From contig CBDBBI010000010.1 in assembly GCA_965202625.1 (NCBI GenBank), positions 928,001-992,000 on the forward strand: a DNA stretch of 64,000 nucleotides, written 5' to 3'. This stretch comes from a bacterium. GTDB lineage: Bacteria; UBA8248. The translations under genes were made by a program, and so were the position numbers. Within the stretch, counting starts at the first letter, position 1. Every line of letters begins with the position of its first letter. This document shows, piece after piece, positions 45,012 to 55,428 of this stretch. The notes under the pieces were generated by a model. It was not told the DNA's origin and did not search any database. It worked only from the letters and a program-made list of their open reading frames with translations.

Positions 45012-45055
45012 AAAAAAAACGGGCGACGCCCAAAGACGCCGCCCGTTTTTTTTTT
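45012..45055. terminator. bidirectional intrinsic terminator
   Basis: A-run, CGGGCGACGCC-CAAA-GACGCCGCCCG hairpin, T10 run, between convergent genes. Confidence 0.8.
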
Positions 45056-45380
45056 CAAATGCCCTCAATGCGCCATGTCAGAGTGAGGACACATCAAGGA
45101 CCATTTTAAGGATTTTTCAAGACCCTCTTTCGGGATTGAGCCGTTTTCAGAACCTGCCGACGAGAGGTTTTGGGGGCGAAAACTATCACTCTCCTTGCCA
45201 TATGACATCCCTCCTATATTGTCCTATGCTAATTGTAGGGAAGGTTTGGGCTCGTGTCAAGAACTTTTATCGGCGAAAATATAATATGAAAATATGGACG
45301 CTCCATATCTGAACCTTGGGTTCAAGCACCTTCCTGTTTCGCATTCCGGAGTTGGTCCGGGCCTCCGACCCGAGGCGATC

Positions 45381-45934
45381 TTATGCGCGCTTGGTCGCCA
45401 CAAGGATGACGCTACGCCCCAACAGGAGCTTCCAGGTCCCAAGCATTCGTTCAACCGTGCCGGTTTTTCCGTTGATTCCCCTGAACCACATGGGCAGGCC
45501 CAAAGGCAGGAGGAGCCAGCTCTTGGTCTTGATCATAGTGATCTCAACCCTGTCGAGAGAGAACCCGAAGCGATTCAAGTAAAAAGCAAGCGTGGGAAGA
45601 TAGGGAACCGTGATGTGCCAAGACGCCATCCCCCCCGAATCCGGCTTCAAGGCTTTCCGGGTTAAAGTCTTGAAGCCCCCAAATTGCCCCCCATGAAGTA
45701 AAACAGACGGGATTGAATGTTGTTGACGTTGGGCGTGGAAAACACGAGCCGCCCTTTCGGCCGAAGGATGCGAGCGAACTCTTGACACAGACCGCCGGAG
45801 TCCTGCACCATAGAGACGATGACGGCGGCCGGCTTTGGCAAACACATGCGCCACCCTCTTGAAATCCACCTCCTCTGGCAGTCGCTCGAAAGAGAACCCA
45901 GCATTTTTGAGCGCCTGGCGAACCGAGTCGGCAT
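45381..45934 (-). pseudogene. class I SAM-dependent methyltransferase, degraded
   Basis: EFARILRPKGRLVFSTPNVNNIQSRL and HITVPY...LNRFGF fragments in different frames; motif I eroded. Confidence 0.65.
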
Positions 45935-46600
45935 CGATAAGATGTCACATCACCGCTCTACCAATCCTCTAGCGGGTAGCGGGTCAAGGATTCCAAGGAA
46001 TTTGCCAAAACCACGCCCTCCGAGCAGGAGACCATCTCTGAATACAAATCGCCCCGAGCGCACACGTCCGAAATGTCGAAGGAAGTCCGGTCGATCTCGC
46101 CAATCCCCACGCTGCGCGCAGGGGGGAGCGGCGGTTCGAGAGACTCATCGAGCGCGTAGTGTCCGTGCTCACTACCCTTCTTGCCGCGCGCGGTCGCTTC
46201 GTTAATACGATCCGACGTCAGCAGCGGGCACTTCACCTGCACGCCCACGTTATCAAGCGAATGGGCACCGGCACACGCTTGAGGACGTCGCGTGTCTCGT
46301 TCTGGTGAGAGGATTGGCGTTCTTGATTGCGAATCAAAACGGCATGGGAAAACCTCCGGTTGGGACATCCTGTAGAATACGATAAATGTAATGATTTGAA
46401 CATCCAGGGAAACGCGTGGAGACACTTCCACGGCGGCTTTAGCACAACCGCCGGAGAGGAAAGCAGAATCGACGCGAATGCATCCAGCTTCAAAACCCAA
46501 CGGACGAGGGGCACCTCCCCTCTCCGCGCGTCTTGTCAGGTAGAACGAGAACGTTTAACTTGAGAGTTAACCTGGCAACCTGAGGCGAGGAGAGAGACTG

Positions 46601-46996
46601 ATGTCCAAGATCAAATTCCTGCAGCATTTCAGCATTTATTGCCGTGATCTGTCGGCCATGCGCAAATTCTACAACGAGATTCTGGAACTGCCCGAAATGC
46701 CCCGCCCCCGCTTCCCGTTTCCGGGCTATTGGTTCGAAGCGGGAGAGGGTCATCAGATCCACCTCGCCAAGGTGAGTGACACACACATCGCCCATTCCAT
46801 CAGCGATAACGAGAATGGATACATGGACCATCACTTTGGAATGGTGACGGAAGATTTGGGCGGAATGAAGGAGCGGCTCAGAGCGCACGGCGTCGAATTC
46901 CACGACGAGCCCTACGGATATCCGCAAATTTTTTTCAGGGATCCGGAGAACAACCTCATTGAGGTCGCGTCCACGGAGATGTTCGAGATGGAGTAA
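46601..46996 (+). CDS. VOC/glyoxalase family protein
   Basis: HFSIYCRDL...FY, RPRFPFPGYWF, QIHL, HHFG, QIFFRDPENNLIE. Confidence 0.9.
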   Translation: MSKIKFLQHFSIYCRDLSAMRKFYNEILELPEMPRPRFPFPGYWFEAGEGHQIHLAKVSDTHIAHSISDNENGYMDHHFGMVTEDLGGMKERLRAHGVEFHDEPYGYPQIFFRDPENNLIEVASTEMFEME

Positions 46997-47284
46997 CGCC
47001 GGCGACCTGATGAGTCGGCGAGATCAAGGCGCCCCCTACAAGACAGGGGGGAGCGAGACTCGCTTTGAGAGGATGAGGTCGCAGAGGGGGCCAAAGCACG
47101 CGACCGTCTGAGGCGACAAGGGGCCTCTATTCCAAACGGAGCGAAACCTCGTTCTTCCCTTTCGTCCACCCGCGCGGGGTGGACGCTCGTTTCGCGGTCC
47201 GCTTCACTCTATCGGGGCGGCAGGTTCATGGAGGCGGCGCGAGGAGGAGGACGCTCTCCGGCCCGCCTCATGGAGGCGCACGAC

Positions 47285-47707
47285 ATGTCATTTCAAAAGT
47301 TTCGCACCACGCGAGTCACGGCTGCGACTGGCAGCTACTCCCAAGGCGTTTTTGCCGGAAACACGCTCTATCTCGCCGGCCAGACTGGTGAGGGACTCGA
47401 CGGCAGTCCGCCGACGCCGGGCGACGCTGCGGCCCAAACACGCCGGGCGTGCGAGAACATTCGCCAACTTCTAAATGAAGCCGGCGGCGACCTCTCCCAC
47501 GTCGTGAAGCTCACGAACTACATCACCGACAGGGCGTACCGAAAACCCGTCTATGAGGTGATCGCGGAATACTTCGGGCCCTATGCACCGGCGAGCACGG
47601 GCGTGATCGTGGACGGCCTAGCGTCAGAAGATTTCCTCGTGGAGATCGACGCCACGGCCCACATCCCTCTAAACGCGGGCGTAACCCAAGAAGAAGCGCA
47701 AAGCTGA
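47285..47707 (+). CDS. Rid (YjgF) family protein
   Basis: YSQGV..GNTLYLAGQT, AQTRRACENI, LVEIDATA. Confidence 0.88.
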   Translation: MSFQKFRTTRVTAATGSYSQGVFAGNTLYLAGQTGEGLDGSPPTPGDAAAQTRRACENIRQLLNEAGGDLSHVVKLTNYITDRAYRKPVYEVIAEYFGPYAPASTGVIVDGLASEDFLVEIDATAHIPLNAGVTQEEAQS

Positions 47708-47911
47708 AGCATTTCGATGGGCCCGCGGAGCCTCTGCGCGCAGTTTTGAGAGAACGTTGGGCATCGCGGCAGCACCATCCATCTGAAGACTGAAAGATGA
47801 AACGAGCAAACGCGCGTTGAGCGAGGTGCCGCAAATGAGGCACAATCGCGACACACTTCGATTTGCGCACGAAACGGGCGATGAGGCTTCATCCTTGAGA
47901 GGAGACGGATC

Positions 47912-49498
47912 ATGGCGGAATCTTTCGATGGATTGTTCATAGGCGGCGGGCACAACAGCCTGGTATGCGCGGCCTATATGGCAAAAGCAGGAAAAAAGGT
48001 CGCCGTCCTGGAACGCTCCGCCGTCGCCGGCGGGGGCTGCTCGACCCACGAGGTCACCCTTCCGGGGTTCAAACACAACCTTCATTCGAACTATTACGTG
48101 GGTCTGGACAGGAGCCCCATCCTTCGTGATCTCGCACTCCACGAATACGGCTTCAGCCTCGTCTTTCCGGAGTTTCAGCAAGGCTGCATATTCCGTGACG
48201 GGACAGCGTTCGTCATCCATCGTGACGTGGAGAAGACCGCCAAGTCGATCGAGCGCATCAACAGAAACGACGCGCAAACCTATAGGGACCTCCACGTCAA
48301 ATTCACTGAGGGGATGCTCGACGTCATCACCTCCTTCATGTATTGCGCTCCCCTACCGCCAGAGGAGATGAAGGCGCGTTTCTCGGGTCCACTGGGCCGT
48401 GAATTCCTGAGATATGCGGACTTGAGCATGTACGAGGCGGTGGACCAGCATTTCGAGGACGACAAGTTGCGCGTTCTGTTCAAACTCTTCCTCGGCTCCT
48501 TCACGCTCGAAAACACGCCCTCGACCGGCATATTCTTCCCGAGAATTTTCTCGCGCATCGCCAATTTCGCTCTGCCCGTGGGCGGGTCAGTGAACTTTAC
48601 CCGCGCCCTTGAGCGGGTCGTCGTGCGCGGCGGGGGCAAGGTGCTGACCAACGCCGACGTCCGCGAGATCACGGTGGAAAGTGGAGACGCAACGGGCGTC
48701 GTGTTGGAGAACGGCACCCGAATCGAAGCGACGGAGTTCGTAGCGAGTGGGGTCAACTGGCCGCTCACGGTGCGCATGGCCGGAGAGGATCACTTCGGGG
48801 GAAGACTGTCCAAGGCGGCACTGGAGTTTCAGTGGGCGAGTCACGGGCTTTGCACCATCCATCTCGCCCTGAGGGAAGCCCCCGACTTCGTGGCGGCGAA
48901 GCACGAGCCCGACATCAACAAGACGTTCAACATCTTCTGGGGCGCAGACTCTACGGAGGAGATCAACAAGTGTTTCGAGACGATACACGAGGGCGAATTG
49001 CCCCGGCTCATGGGCAACGGGGGAAGCAACAGCCACTTCGACCCGACCTACTCGCCCGAGGGCACCCACGTGGGCTACTGGTGGCCATTTGCTCCCTATG
49101 AGTTCAAGGACGGCGGGGCCGCGGCGTGGGACGCGAGGCGCGAGGAATACACCCAGCTCTTCATCGACTCCTGGACGCCCTACGCGCCTAACGTCAACCA
49201 GGACAACATCATGGGCAGCTATCTTTACACGCCGCTCGACATCGTGCGCACGAATCCGAACTTCGTGCGCGCGAGCCACCATGTGGGCGCCTACATCCCC
49301 GAGCAGCTGGGTTACAACCGCCCACACCCGGAGGTGAGCGACTTTAGAACCCCCATTGGAAAGTTGTATCTATGCGGTTCGAGCTCCCATGTGGGCGGCG
49401 CGGTGACAGGGGCGCCCGGCTATAACTGCGCGAACGCGATCGCCGAGGATTTGGGAGTTGAGCGCTTCTGGGCGCCTGTCGAGGCCATGGTGGCCTGA
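47912..49498 (+). CDS. FAD-dependent oxidoreductase, phytoene dehydrogenase-like family
   Basis: IGGGHNSL, LERS..GG, TLPGFKHN, TPLDI, RTPIGKLYLCGSSSHVGGAVTGAPGYNCA. Confidence 0.88.
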   Translation: MAESFDGLFIGGGHNSLVCAAYMAKAGKKVAVLERSAVAGGGCSTHEVTLPGFKHNLHSNYYVGLDRSPILRDLALHEYGFSLVFPEFQQGCIFRDGTAFVIHRDVEKTAKSIERINRNDAQTYRDLHVKFTEGMLDVITSFMYCAPLPPEEMKARFSGPLGREFLRYADLSMYEAVDQHFEDDKLRVLFKLFLGSFTLENTPSTGIFFPRIFSRIANFALPVGGSVNFTRALERVVVRGGGKVLTNADVREITVESGDATGVVLENGTRIEATEFVASGVNWPLTVRMAGEDHFGGRLSKAALEFQWASHGLCTIHLALREAPDFVAAKHEPDINKTFNIFWGADSTEEINKCFETIHEGELPRLMGNGGSNSHFDPTYSPEGTHVGYWWPFAPYEFKDGGAAAWDARREEYTQLFIDSWTPYAPNVNQDNIMGSYLYTPLDIVRTNPNFVRASHHVGAYIPEQLGYNRPHPEVSDFRTPIGKLYLCGSSSHVGGAVTGAPGYNCANAIAEDLGVERFWAPVEAMVA

Positions 49499-49542
49499 GA
49501 AGCAAATCTGATTTTCGATTCACAGGGGAAGGATAAAATTTC

Positions 49543-50256
49543 ATGGAATTGATTGACCTCTCACAAACGGTGGCGGCCGGCGGATTCGAGCGCCCGTTTC
49601 ACCCCAAGGTGGCGATTGAGCCGATGATGACGCATGAGGAATCCTCCCGGAAATTTTTGGGGAAATTCTCCTTTGCGGCCATGCAGCTCACGCTCTCGGA
49701 TCACACCGGAAGCCACGTGGATGCCTTGAACCACTATGTGCCCGGAGACGCTCCCTCCATTGACCAGCTGCCCCTGGAGCGCTTCTACTCCAGCGCGATT
49801 TGCGTGGACTTCTCAAACACTGCTCCGAGAACCTACATTGAGGTGGAAGCCATCGAGCGCGAACTCGAAAGGCACGGGCTTTCCATCGAGAAGGGAGACG
49901 CCTTTTTATACCACACGGGCCATTACGAGAGATGCTATGCGGACCCGGACCCGCAGAGATGGTGGACCGAATTTGCAGGACTGAGCCGGCCCGCTACGGA
50001 GTATCTCGCCGATCGGGGGGTGCGCAACATCGGCTGTGAGGCGTTCACGATAGAAAACCCCACGCAGATGTTTCCGGAATCGGAGGAGCCTTACCCCTCG
50101 CATCAGGTGTGCAAGGAGCGCGGGATGCTCAACACGGAGAATCTGGTGATCCCCAAGCGGCTGGTGGGCAGACGCTTCACGTTTCTGTGCCTTCCCATCA
50201 AACTGAAAGACGCCACAGGATCGCCGGTGCGCGCCGTGGCCGTGCTGGACGACTGA
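49543..50256 (+). CDS. cyclase/kynurenine formamidase family metal hydrolase
   Basis: IDLSQ, HTGSHVDA (HxGxHxD), ENL, GSPVRAVA. Confidence 0.9.
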   Translation: MELIDLSQTVAAGGFERPFHPKVAIEPMMTHEESSRKFLGKFSFAAMQLTLSDHTGSHVDALNHYVPGDAPSIDQLPLERFYSSAICVDFSNTAPRTYIEVEAIERELERHGLSIEKGDAFLYHTGHYERCYADPDPQRWWTEFAGLSRPATEYLADRGVRNIGCEAFTIENPTQMFPESEEPYPSHQVCKERGMLNTENLVIPKRLVGRRFTFLCLPIKLKDATGSPVRAVAVLDD

Positions 50257-50257
50257 T

Positions 50258-51148
50258 CTATAGCCCGAAGCCGAAGAGCACGTTCGCGTTTTCAAAAGAT
50301 GCCCTTTGAATCTCGGCTTCGGCTGCGCCGCCTCGGCGCATGGCGCGAATCGCCCGCGGAATGGCGTAGACGTCATTTGACATGTAAGAAGCGAGGCCGG
50401 AGCTGAGCATGATGCGCTCCGCGCCATAACGCTTCACCCAATCGACGACCGCGGTCGGGGAGGGCGTCTGGTGCCAACTCCCGATGCTCGCCGCGCACCA
50501 GGCTCCCGTTTCAGCGTGGACGAAATCAACTATCGTCTCATCCACATGGTTGATGACGAGAAGGGCGTGATCGAGTCCCGCGCGATCGATAACCTCCAGA
50601 CCCATCTCCAGGTAATGGTGCTTGAATTCCTTGAGCGGGACCGTCCCTTGCGTCTCCACGCCGCCCAGAAATTCCCTCGGGTTCTTGCAGACGGGCGTAT
50701 GAAGTATCAAGGGCTTTTTCACCTCCGCTGCAATGCGCGCCTGCGCCTCGAGGCATCTGGCCTGCTCCTCCAGCGGCCAGGAGAGGCCGAAATGTTGACC
50801 GGGGTCCATCCCCACCTCCCCTAGGGCGACCACTCTTTCGTTCTCCAAATATCGAGGAAGCGCGTCGAGGAGCCTCTCCCAACCCTCCACCCGCGTCGTC
50901 GAGCTGACGCCCACCGCGCACTTGGCGCGAACGTGGTGCTTGGCCTCCGCGGCTTCGGCCATCCGAAGGGGGCTGTCCCAGAGTCTCCTTACGTCCTCGG
51001 GGCCCGGTGCTCGCCTCCATATCTCACGGTGGACGTAGGGGTTTCCGCAAGAGAGAACAGCACCCTCCATCCCGCACATGCCCAAGAGTTCCCAGGCGTC
51101 AAAACTGAATCCTTGGAGGTGATTGTGGGCGTCGATGAACCGATCCAT
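50258..51148 (-). CDS. TatD-like amidohydrolase
   Basis: IDAHNH, ALGEVG, LILHTP, INHV, YGAERIMLSS, ENA. Confidence 0.8.
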   Translation of the reverse strand: MDRFIDAHNHLQGFSFDAWELLGMCGMEGAVLSCGNPYVHREIWRRAPGPEDVRRLWDSPLRMAEAAEAKHHVRAKCAVGVSSTTRVEGWERLLDALPRYLENERVVALGEVGMDPGQHFGLSWPLEEQARCLEAQARIAAEVKKPLILHTPVCKNPREFLGGVETQGTVPLKEFKHHYLEMGLEVIDRAGLDHALLVINHVDETIVDFVHAETGAWCAASIGSWHQTPSPTAVVDWVKRYGAERIMLSSGLASYMSNDVYAIPRAIRAMRRGGAAEAEIQRASFENANVLFGFGL

Positions 51149-51940
51149 TTACGCCTCGGGCTTTCTGAGGAGAAACACATAGCGGTTGAGGCTGAAAAAA
51201 TACGCGCCGCGCTCGCCCATTGCCATCAAATCCCCCGCCCAGGCCTTCGCCTCCGCTTTCGCCACGCCGCCCTTGGCGATCACAAAAGGTACGATGACGC
51301 TCACCATGCCGTGGCTGTAGTTGTCCGCGGGGTAATCCGTGTTTAGAAGGGGCAGAATCCGTTGTGCGAGAATTTCAAAACCCGCATGGCGCAAAAGGGG
51401 CGGCAACTTTCTGGGCAGGTGGGGGTCCGCCAGATGCGCGTCCCACGCCCGCAGGATTCTCGCCGCTCGCGCAGCGTCCTGGGCGTTCCATATAAGCGAA
51501 CCCCAATCGGTATCCATGATGAGAGCGCGGCCACCGGGCCTCAGCACGCGGGCAAACTCCGACAGAGCGGCCTCCACTTCGGGGACGTATTCGAAGACCT
51601 GCGAGACGATGGCCGCGTCAAAATGGCCATCCGCGAAAGGCAGGCTCTCCGCGTCGCCCTCCTGAAACGATACGTGCTGCTGCGATTCACAGCGCGCCTT
51701 GGCTAACTCGAGCATGGGCGCGCTCTTGTCTACACCGAAAACGGCGCCCGACTCCCCCACCATCTTCCCCGCTTCGAGCGTTATAAAGCCGGGGCCAGAA
51801 CCCAAGTCGAGCACGCGCTCCCCTCGGCGAGGAGCCAGCATCTTCAACAGGGCGTCGCGTTGCGAGACCACGTCCAGCGTGGTGTAGACGGCCTCCACGC
51901 GCTTGGCCACCTTCTCGTCAAAACCAGGAGGCTGATTCAT
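51149..51940 (-). CDS. class I SAM-dependent methyltransferase (UbiE/ArsM-like fold)
   Basis: VLDLGSGPG, GVDKS, GDAESLPF, RVLRPGG, DTDW. Confidence 0.88.
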   Translation of the reverse strand: MNQPPGFDEKVAKRVEAVYTTLDVVSQRDALLKMLAPRRGERVLDLGSGPGFITLEAGKMVGESGAVFGVDKSAPMLELAKARCESQQHVSFQEGDAESLPFADGHFDAAIVSQVFEYVPEVEAALSEFARVLRPGGRALIMDTDWGSLIWNAQDAARAARILRAWDAHLADPHLPRKLPPLLRHAGFEILAQRILPLLNTDYPADNYSHGMVSVIVPFVIAKGGVAKAEAKAWAGDLMAMGERGAYFFSLNRYVFLLRKPEA

Positions 51941-52207
51941 GAACCGCTCTTGTTGTAATGGCACGGCGAATAAAAGGCGCAGTGTCCTCGCCCGGAAAAG
52001 GGAAAGTCAAGCCCTTCGAGGCGCGCTCGCCCTCCTCGCATCGTTTTTCTTCTCCGGCGTCTTGAATAAAAAATGAAGAAAAAACCGAGGGCCGCGCCGG
52101 GCCTTTTCAGGTCGCACCCACCGCCCGGCATTGACGGGCACTTTCCCCCGAATCTATAAAACCGATCAAAAGTGCTTTGGGGATTTCCTACCACCCCGGA
52201 ATTTGCC

Positions 52208-53404
52208 ATGCCCCCATCGAAGATATTCAACCTTTTCGCGATTGCGGGCAGCCACGCCGTCAACGCCTTTTACACGCAGCTCCTCATACCTGTCCTTCCG
52301 ATCATCGTCTCCGAATTCGAGCTGAACTACGTTCAGGCGGGCCTCATCGTGACGACCTATTCGGTGGCGAACAGCATCTTCCAATTCCCGGTCTCGTTCT
52401 TCTCGGACTACACCCGTCGCTGGCGGACCGTCCTGGCGTTTTCCCTGCTCACGCAGGCGCTGCCCGTTTTGCTCTACGGTTATGCGGCGAGCTACTCCCT
52501 GCTGCTGCTGTTCGTTTTCATCAGCGGAATAGGGAGCGCGGCCTATCACCCGCCTGCCGTCGCGCTGATCACGCACGAATTGCCCTTCAGGCGCGGGTTC
52601 TGCATGGGCCTTTTCAACGGCGGCGGCGACGTGGGCAACATCCTCTCTCCCGCCATCGTCGGCTGGCTCGCCGTCTATTTGGCGAGTTGGCGCACGGCCG
52701 CGCAATTCTACGTCATACCGGGCCTGATTTGGGCGATGCTTATCTGGTTTCGCTTCCAGGATCAGATGGGAGAGCGCCAGCCCTTTCGTCAAGCGGCGAA
52801 ATCCACCTTCAGCGCCTTGTTCGGCAACAGGTCGTTGATGCTGCTCGTCGCCCTCTCCTCTTTCCGCATCATGGGATACCGCGGATTTACAGCCTTCTTG
52901 CCACTCCTCTTGGCCGAGAGATTCGGCTTCGACACCAAGGGGGTCGGCTGGCTGCTCAGCGTCTATTTTTTCTTGGGTTCGAGCGTGTCGATTCTCGTCG
53001 GCAGATGGTCGGACGACAGAAGCAGAACCCTGCTCATCGTCGTCCTCACCTTCATGTGCGCCACCGCAATGGTCTCTCTCTCGTGGATATCCACTGTGGC
53101 GACGCTGCTGCTCGCGCTTTTCTCCATCGCCTGCATCCTGACGCCGGTGCCCAGCTTGGTTCTGGCCGTCGGCACGGAGTTGGTGGACGAGAGGGTGCGC
53201 TCCAGCTCCGTGGGAATGATCTATAGCTTCAACGAGGGCGCGAGCGCGCTTTCGCCGCTCGTCGGCGGTCTCGTGGCCGAAGCCATGGGACTTCAGATGG
53301 CATTCAGCTTCTACGCCGCGATGTTCGCCATCGGCGGGTGCATCGCCCTCATCCTGCACAGGCAAAGCGCGCTTCCGCCCCGCCCCGGCGAGAGCAAGAG
53401 ATGA
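52208..53404 (+). CDS. MFS transporter
   Basis: About 12 hydrophobic segments; GIGSAAYHP motif; GRWSDDRSR. Confidence 0.88.
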   Translation: MPPSKIFNLFAIAGSHAVNAFYTQLLIPVLPIIVSEFELNYVQAGLIVTTYSVANSIFQFPVSFFSDYTRRWRTVLAFSLLTQALPVLLYGYAASYSLLLLFVFISGIGSAAYHPPAVALITHELPFRRGFCMGLFNGGGDVGNILSPAIVGWLAVYLASWRTAAQFYVIPGLIWAMLIWFRFQDQMGERQPFRQAAKSTFSALFGNRSLMLLVALSSFRIMGYRGFTAFLPLLLAERFGFDTKGVGWLLSVYFFLGSSVSILVGRWSDDRSRTLLIVVLTFMCATAMVSLSWISTVATLLLALFSIACILTPVPSLVLAVGTELVDERVRSSSVGMIYSFNEGASALSPLVGGLVAEAMGLQMAFSFYAAMFAIGGCIALILHRQSALPPRPGESKR

Positions 53405-54597
53405 ACCAGGCGCGAGAGGCCCGCGCGCGGGCGCGTTCAGAAGGCCGCGCCCAAGACGTCCCCTGGGGCGCGCTCTCCATCCTGTTCATGGCCCACTTCG
53501 TGGTGGACAGCATGGCGAATTTCATCGCGCCGCTGTTGCCTCTGCTTCGGGAGAAATTTCAGGTCTCCCTGTCGACGGGCGGCCTACTCCTCACGTTCGT
53601 CTCAATGAGCGCGGCGCTGTCCCAGCCAGTGACGGCGATTCTGGTGGATCGATGGCCGAGTCTCCCCTGGCTCGCCGTAGGGATGGTAGGCAGCTCCGTT
53701 TTCATCACCGCCCTCGGCTGGGCGCCCGACTTTACCCTGCTCACCATCATGGTCGCCCTCGGCGGCTCGATGGTCGGCTTGTGCCACCCGGACATGGCCT
53801 CGCGCGCGGGCGCACTCACAAAGCGGCGCAAAGGGCTGGCGGTGAGCGTTTTCATCGCGGGGGGTCGCGTGGGTCATGGCCTGGGACCCATCATCGCCAT
53901 CAGCATCGTCTCGTTCTGGGGTATCGAATGGCTGTGGGCGTTCATCCTTGTCGCCATCTTGATGTCTCTCGCCGTACGCTATGGGCTTCCCAAGCCCAAA
54001 TCACCCACAAGAAGCGGGGCGAACCCCTCGATCTGGGATTTTGCGAACGCGCTTCGCCAAGCGCGCACCGCCCTGCTCTTGCTCTCGGGCGTCACCATTT
54101 GCCGAGCCGTGGTGAACGTCAATTTCATCAGCCTCCTTCCCTCGCTCTACGTGGAGCGAGGCATGGGACTCTGGGGCGGAGGGGCGGCCAGCGCTGTCAT
54201 GCTGATATCAGGTGCCCTGGGCGTCATGGCGGGTGGTGCCCTGGGCGATCGTTTCGGAAAGAAAGCGATGATCATCGTCGGCATCGGACTCGGGTTTTTC
54301 TTCGTATGCGCCTTTTTAGCGGTGCCGCCCGAATGGGGTTTCGCCCTTCTGGCACTCCTGGGTTTCACCACCTACCTTCCGATGGGGGTGACGATGGCCT
54401 TCGCCCAGGAGTTGATGCCCCACAACCGGGGTCTGGCCAGCTCCATCACGCTCGGCGTCTCGTGGTTCGTCGCGAGCTCCTCGGTCTATCCAATGAGCGT
54501 TCTCGGAGAATGGGTGGGGCTGGCCAACGCCTTCTGGGCACTGCCCGGCTTTTTCATCGCCGCGTGCGCCTTCGCGGCTTTTCTTCCGAAGGCGTGA
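53401..54597 (+). CDS. MFS transporter (Fsr-like)
   Basis: HFVVD, LLPLL, LSQP, CHP, GGALGDRFGKK, AQELMP..RGLAS. Confidence 0.88.
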   Translation: MNQAREARARARSEGRAQDVPWGALSILFMAHFVVDSMANFIAPLLPLLREKFQVSLSTGGLLLTFVSMSAALSQPVTAILVDRWPSLPWLAVGMVGSSVFITALGWAPDFTLLTIMVALGGSMVGLCHPDMASRAGALTKRRKGLAVSVFIAGGRVGHGLGPIIAISIVSFWGIEWLWAFILVAILMSLAVRYGLPKPKSPTRSGANPSIWDFANALRQARTALLLLSGVTICRAVVNVNFISLLPSLYVERGMGLWGGGAASAVMLISGALGVMAGGALGDRFGKKAMIIVGIGLGFFFVCAFLAVPPEWGFALLALLGFTTYLPMGVTMAFAQELMPHNRGLASSITLGVSWFVASSSVYPMSVLGEWVGLANAFWALPGFFIAACAFAAFLPKA

Positions 54598-54615
54598 TGC
54601 GCCTTGGGAGCGCAT

Positions 54616-54648
54616 AAAAAAAGACGGCCCAAAACGAGCCGCCTTTTT
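54616..54648 (-). terminator. intrinsic terminator downstream of the deiodinase-like gene
   Basis: Minus strand GGCGGCTC-GTTTT-GGGCCGTC followed by a T-run. Confidence 0.7.
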
Positions 54649-54668
54649 CACCCTCGCGCTATTCTCTT

Positions 54669-55307
54669 CTAAGCCGAGACAGCCTGTTCGGCGAGCAACC
54701 CGTCAAGCACCCGGTCGACTCTCGGCTGTTCCGTCCAGCTCGCTTTGTAGGCGATCTTTCCATCCTTATCAATGACGAAAACCATGTTCGGCATTCGGCC
54801 GTACGCCTTCACGACCGTCTCGTCAAGGTCATCCACCAAAACGGGGATTTTCATGTTGAACTCCGCCACGAGCTCTTTCGCATAGTCCATCTTGTGCGCA
54901 AAGGAGGCGTGCTGATCGTATTTTCTGAAGTATTTACGCTCGCCTGCGTGCGGCTCCTTCGAATAGACGACGAAAAACGCGACTCCCTTATCCTTGTATC
55001 GTTCGTAAAGCGCATCCATGCCCGGCACCTGCCGGCGAAAGGGAGGTCACGTGATGGCGCCGAATTCCAGGACGACGTTTTTCTTTCCGTGAAAATCCGC
55101 CAAATCCACGATCTCGCCCGAGGTGCTCTGCAACTTGACCGGAGGCGATGGCTGGCCCGGCTTGATTTGATCCTCAAACGCCTTGTGCCGCACCTTGCGG
55201 AACCCGCTCATCTCGCGCTTGATCATCAAAAGCGGATCCAGATACCAAAGACTCCACATGCCTCCCAGGGGGCCGGGCGGTCTATCAATATAATCTTCTT
55301 TTTGCAT
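54669..55307 (-). CDS. iodothyronine deiodinase-like selenoprotein (thioredoxin fold), UGA=Sec at 55047-55049, 212 aa
   Basis: ORFs 55047-55307 and 54669-55028 share one frame: VVLEFGAIT-TGA-PPFRRQV...FFVVYSKEPH...VDDLD..V..AYGRMPN. This matches the DIO motifs FGSxTUPPF and YIxEAH. SECIS-like hairpin downstream. Confidence 0.88.
55022..55046 (-). promoter_or_regulatory. putative bacterial SECIS element
   Basis: UGA, 11 nt (CCUCCCUUUCG), then stem CCGGC / loop AGGU / GCCGG. Confidence 0.7.
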
Positions 55308-55428
55308 CTCTCGGCTCTCCTATGCGAATGGTGAGGGGCGTCAGCGCAACCTAGCCCATTTTCGGCCTTCTTGTCCATGCTCCCAGTGGGCAGCAACTCT
55401 ACGCGCGCGAGGACGACAGGAGCCAGGA

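Noticed and set aside
47008-47150. Hammerhead-like CTGATGAG...CGAAAC
   Set aside because: Stem II cannot be closed convincingly and the two core parts are about 125 nt apart.
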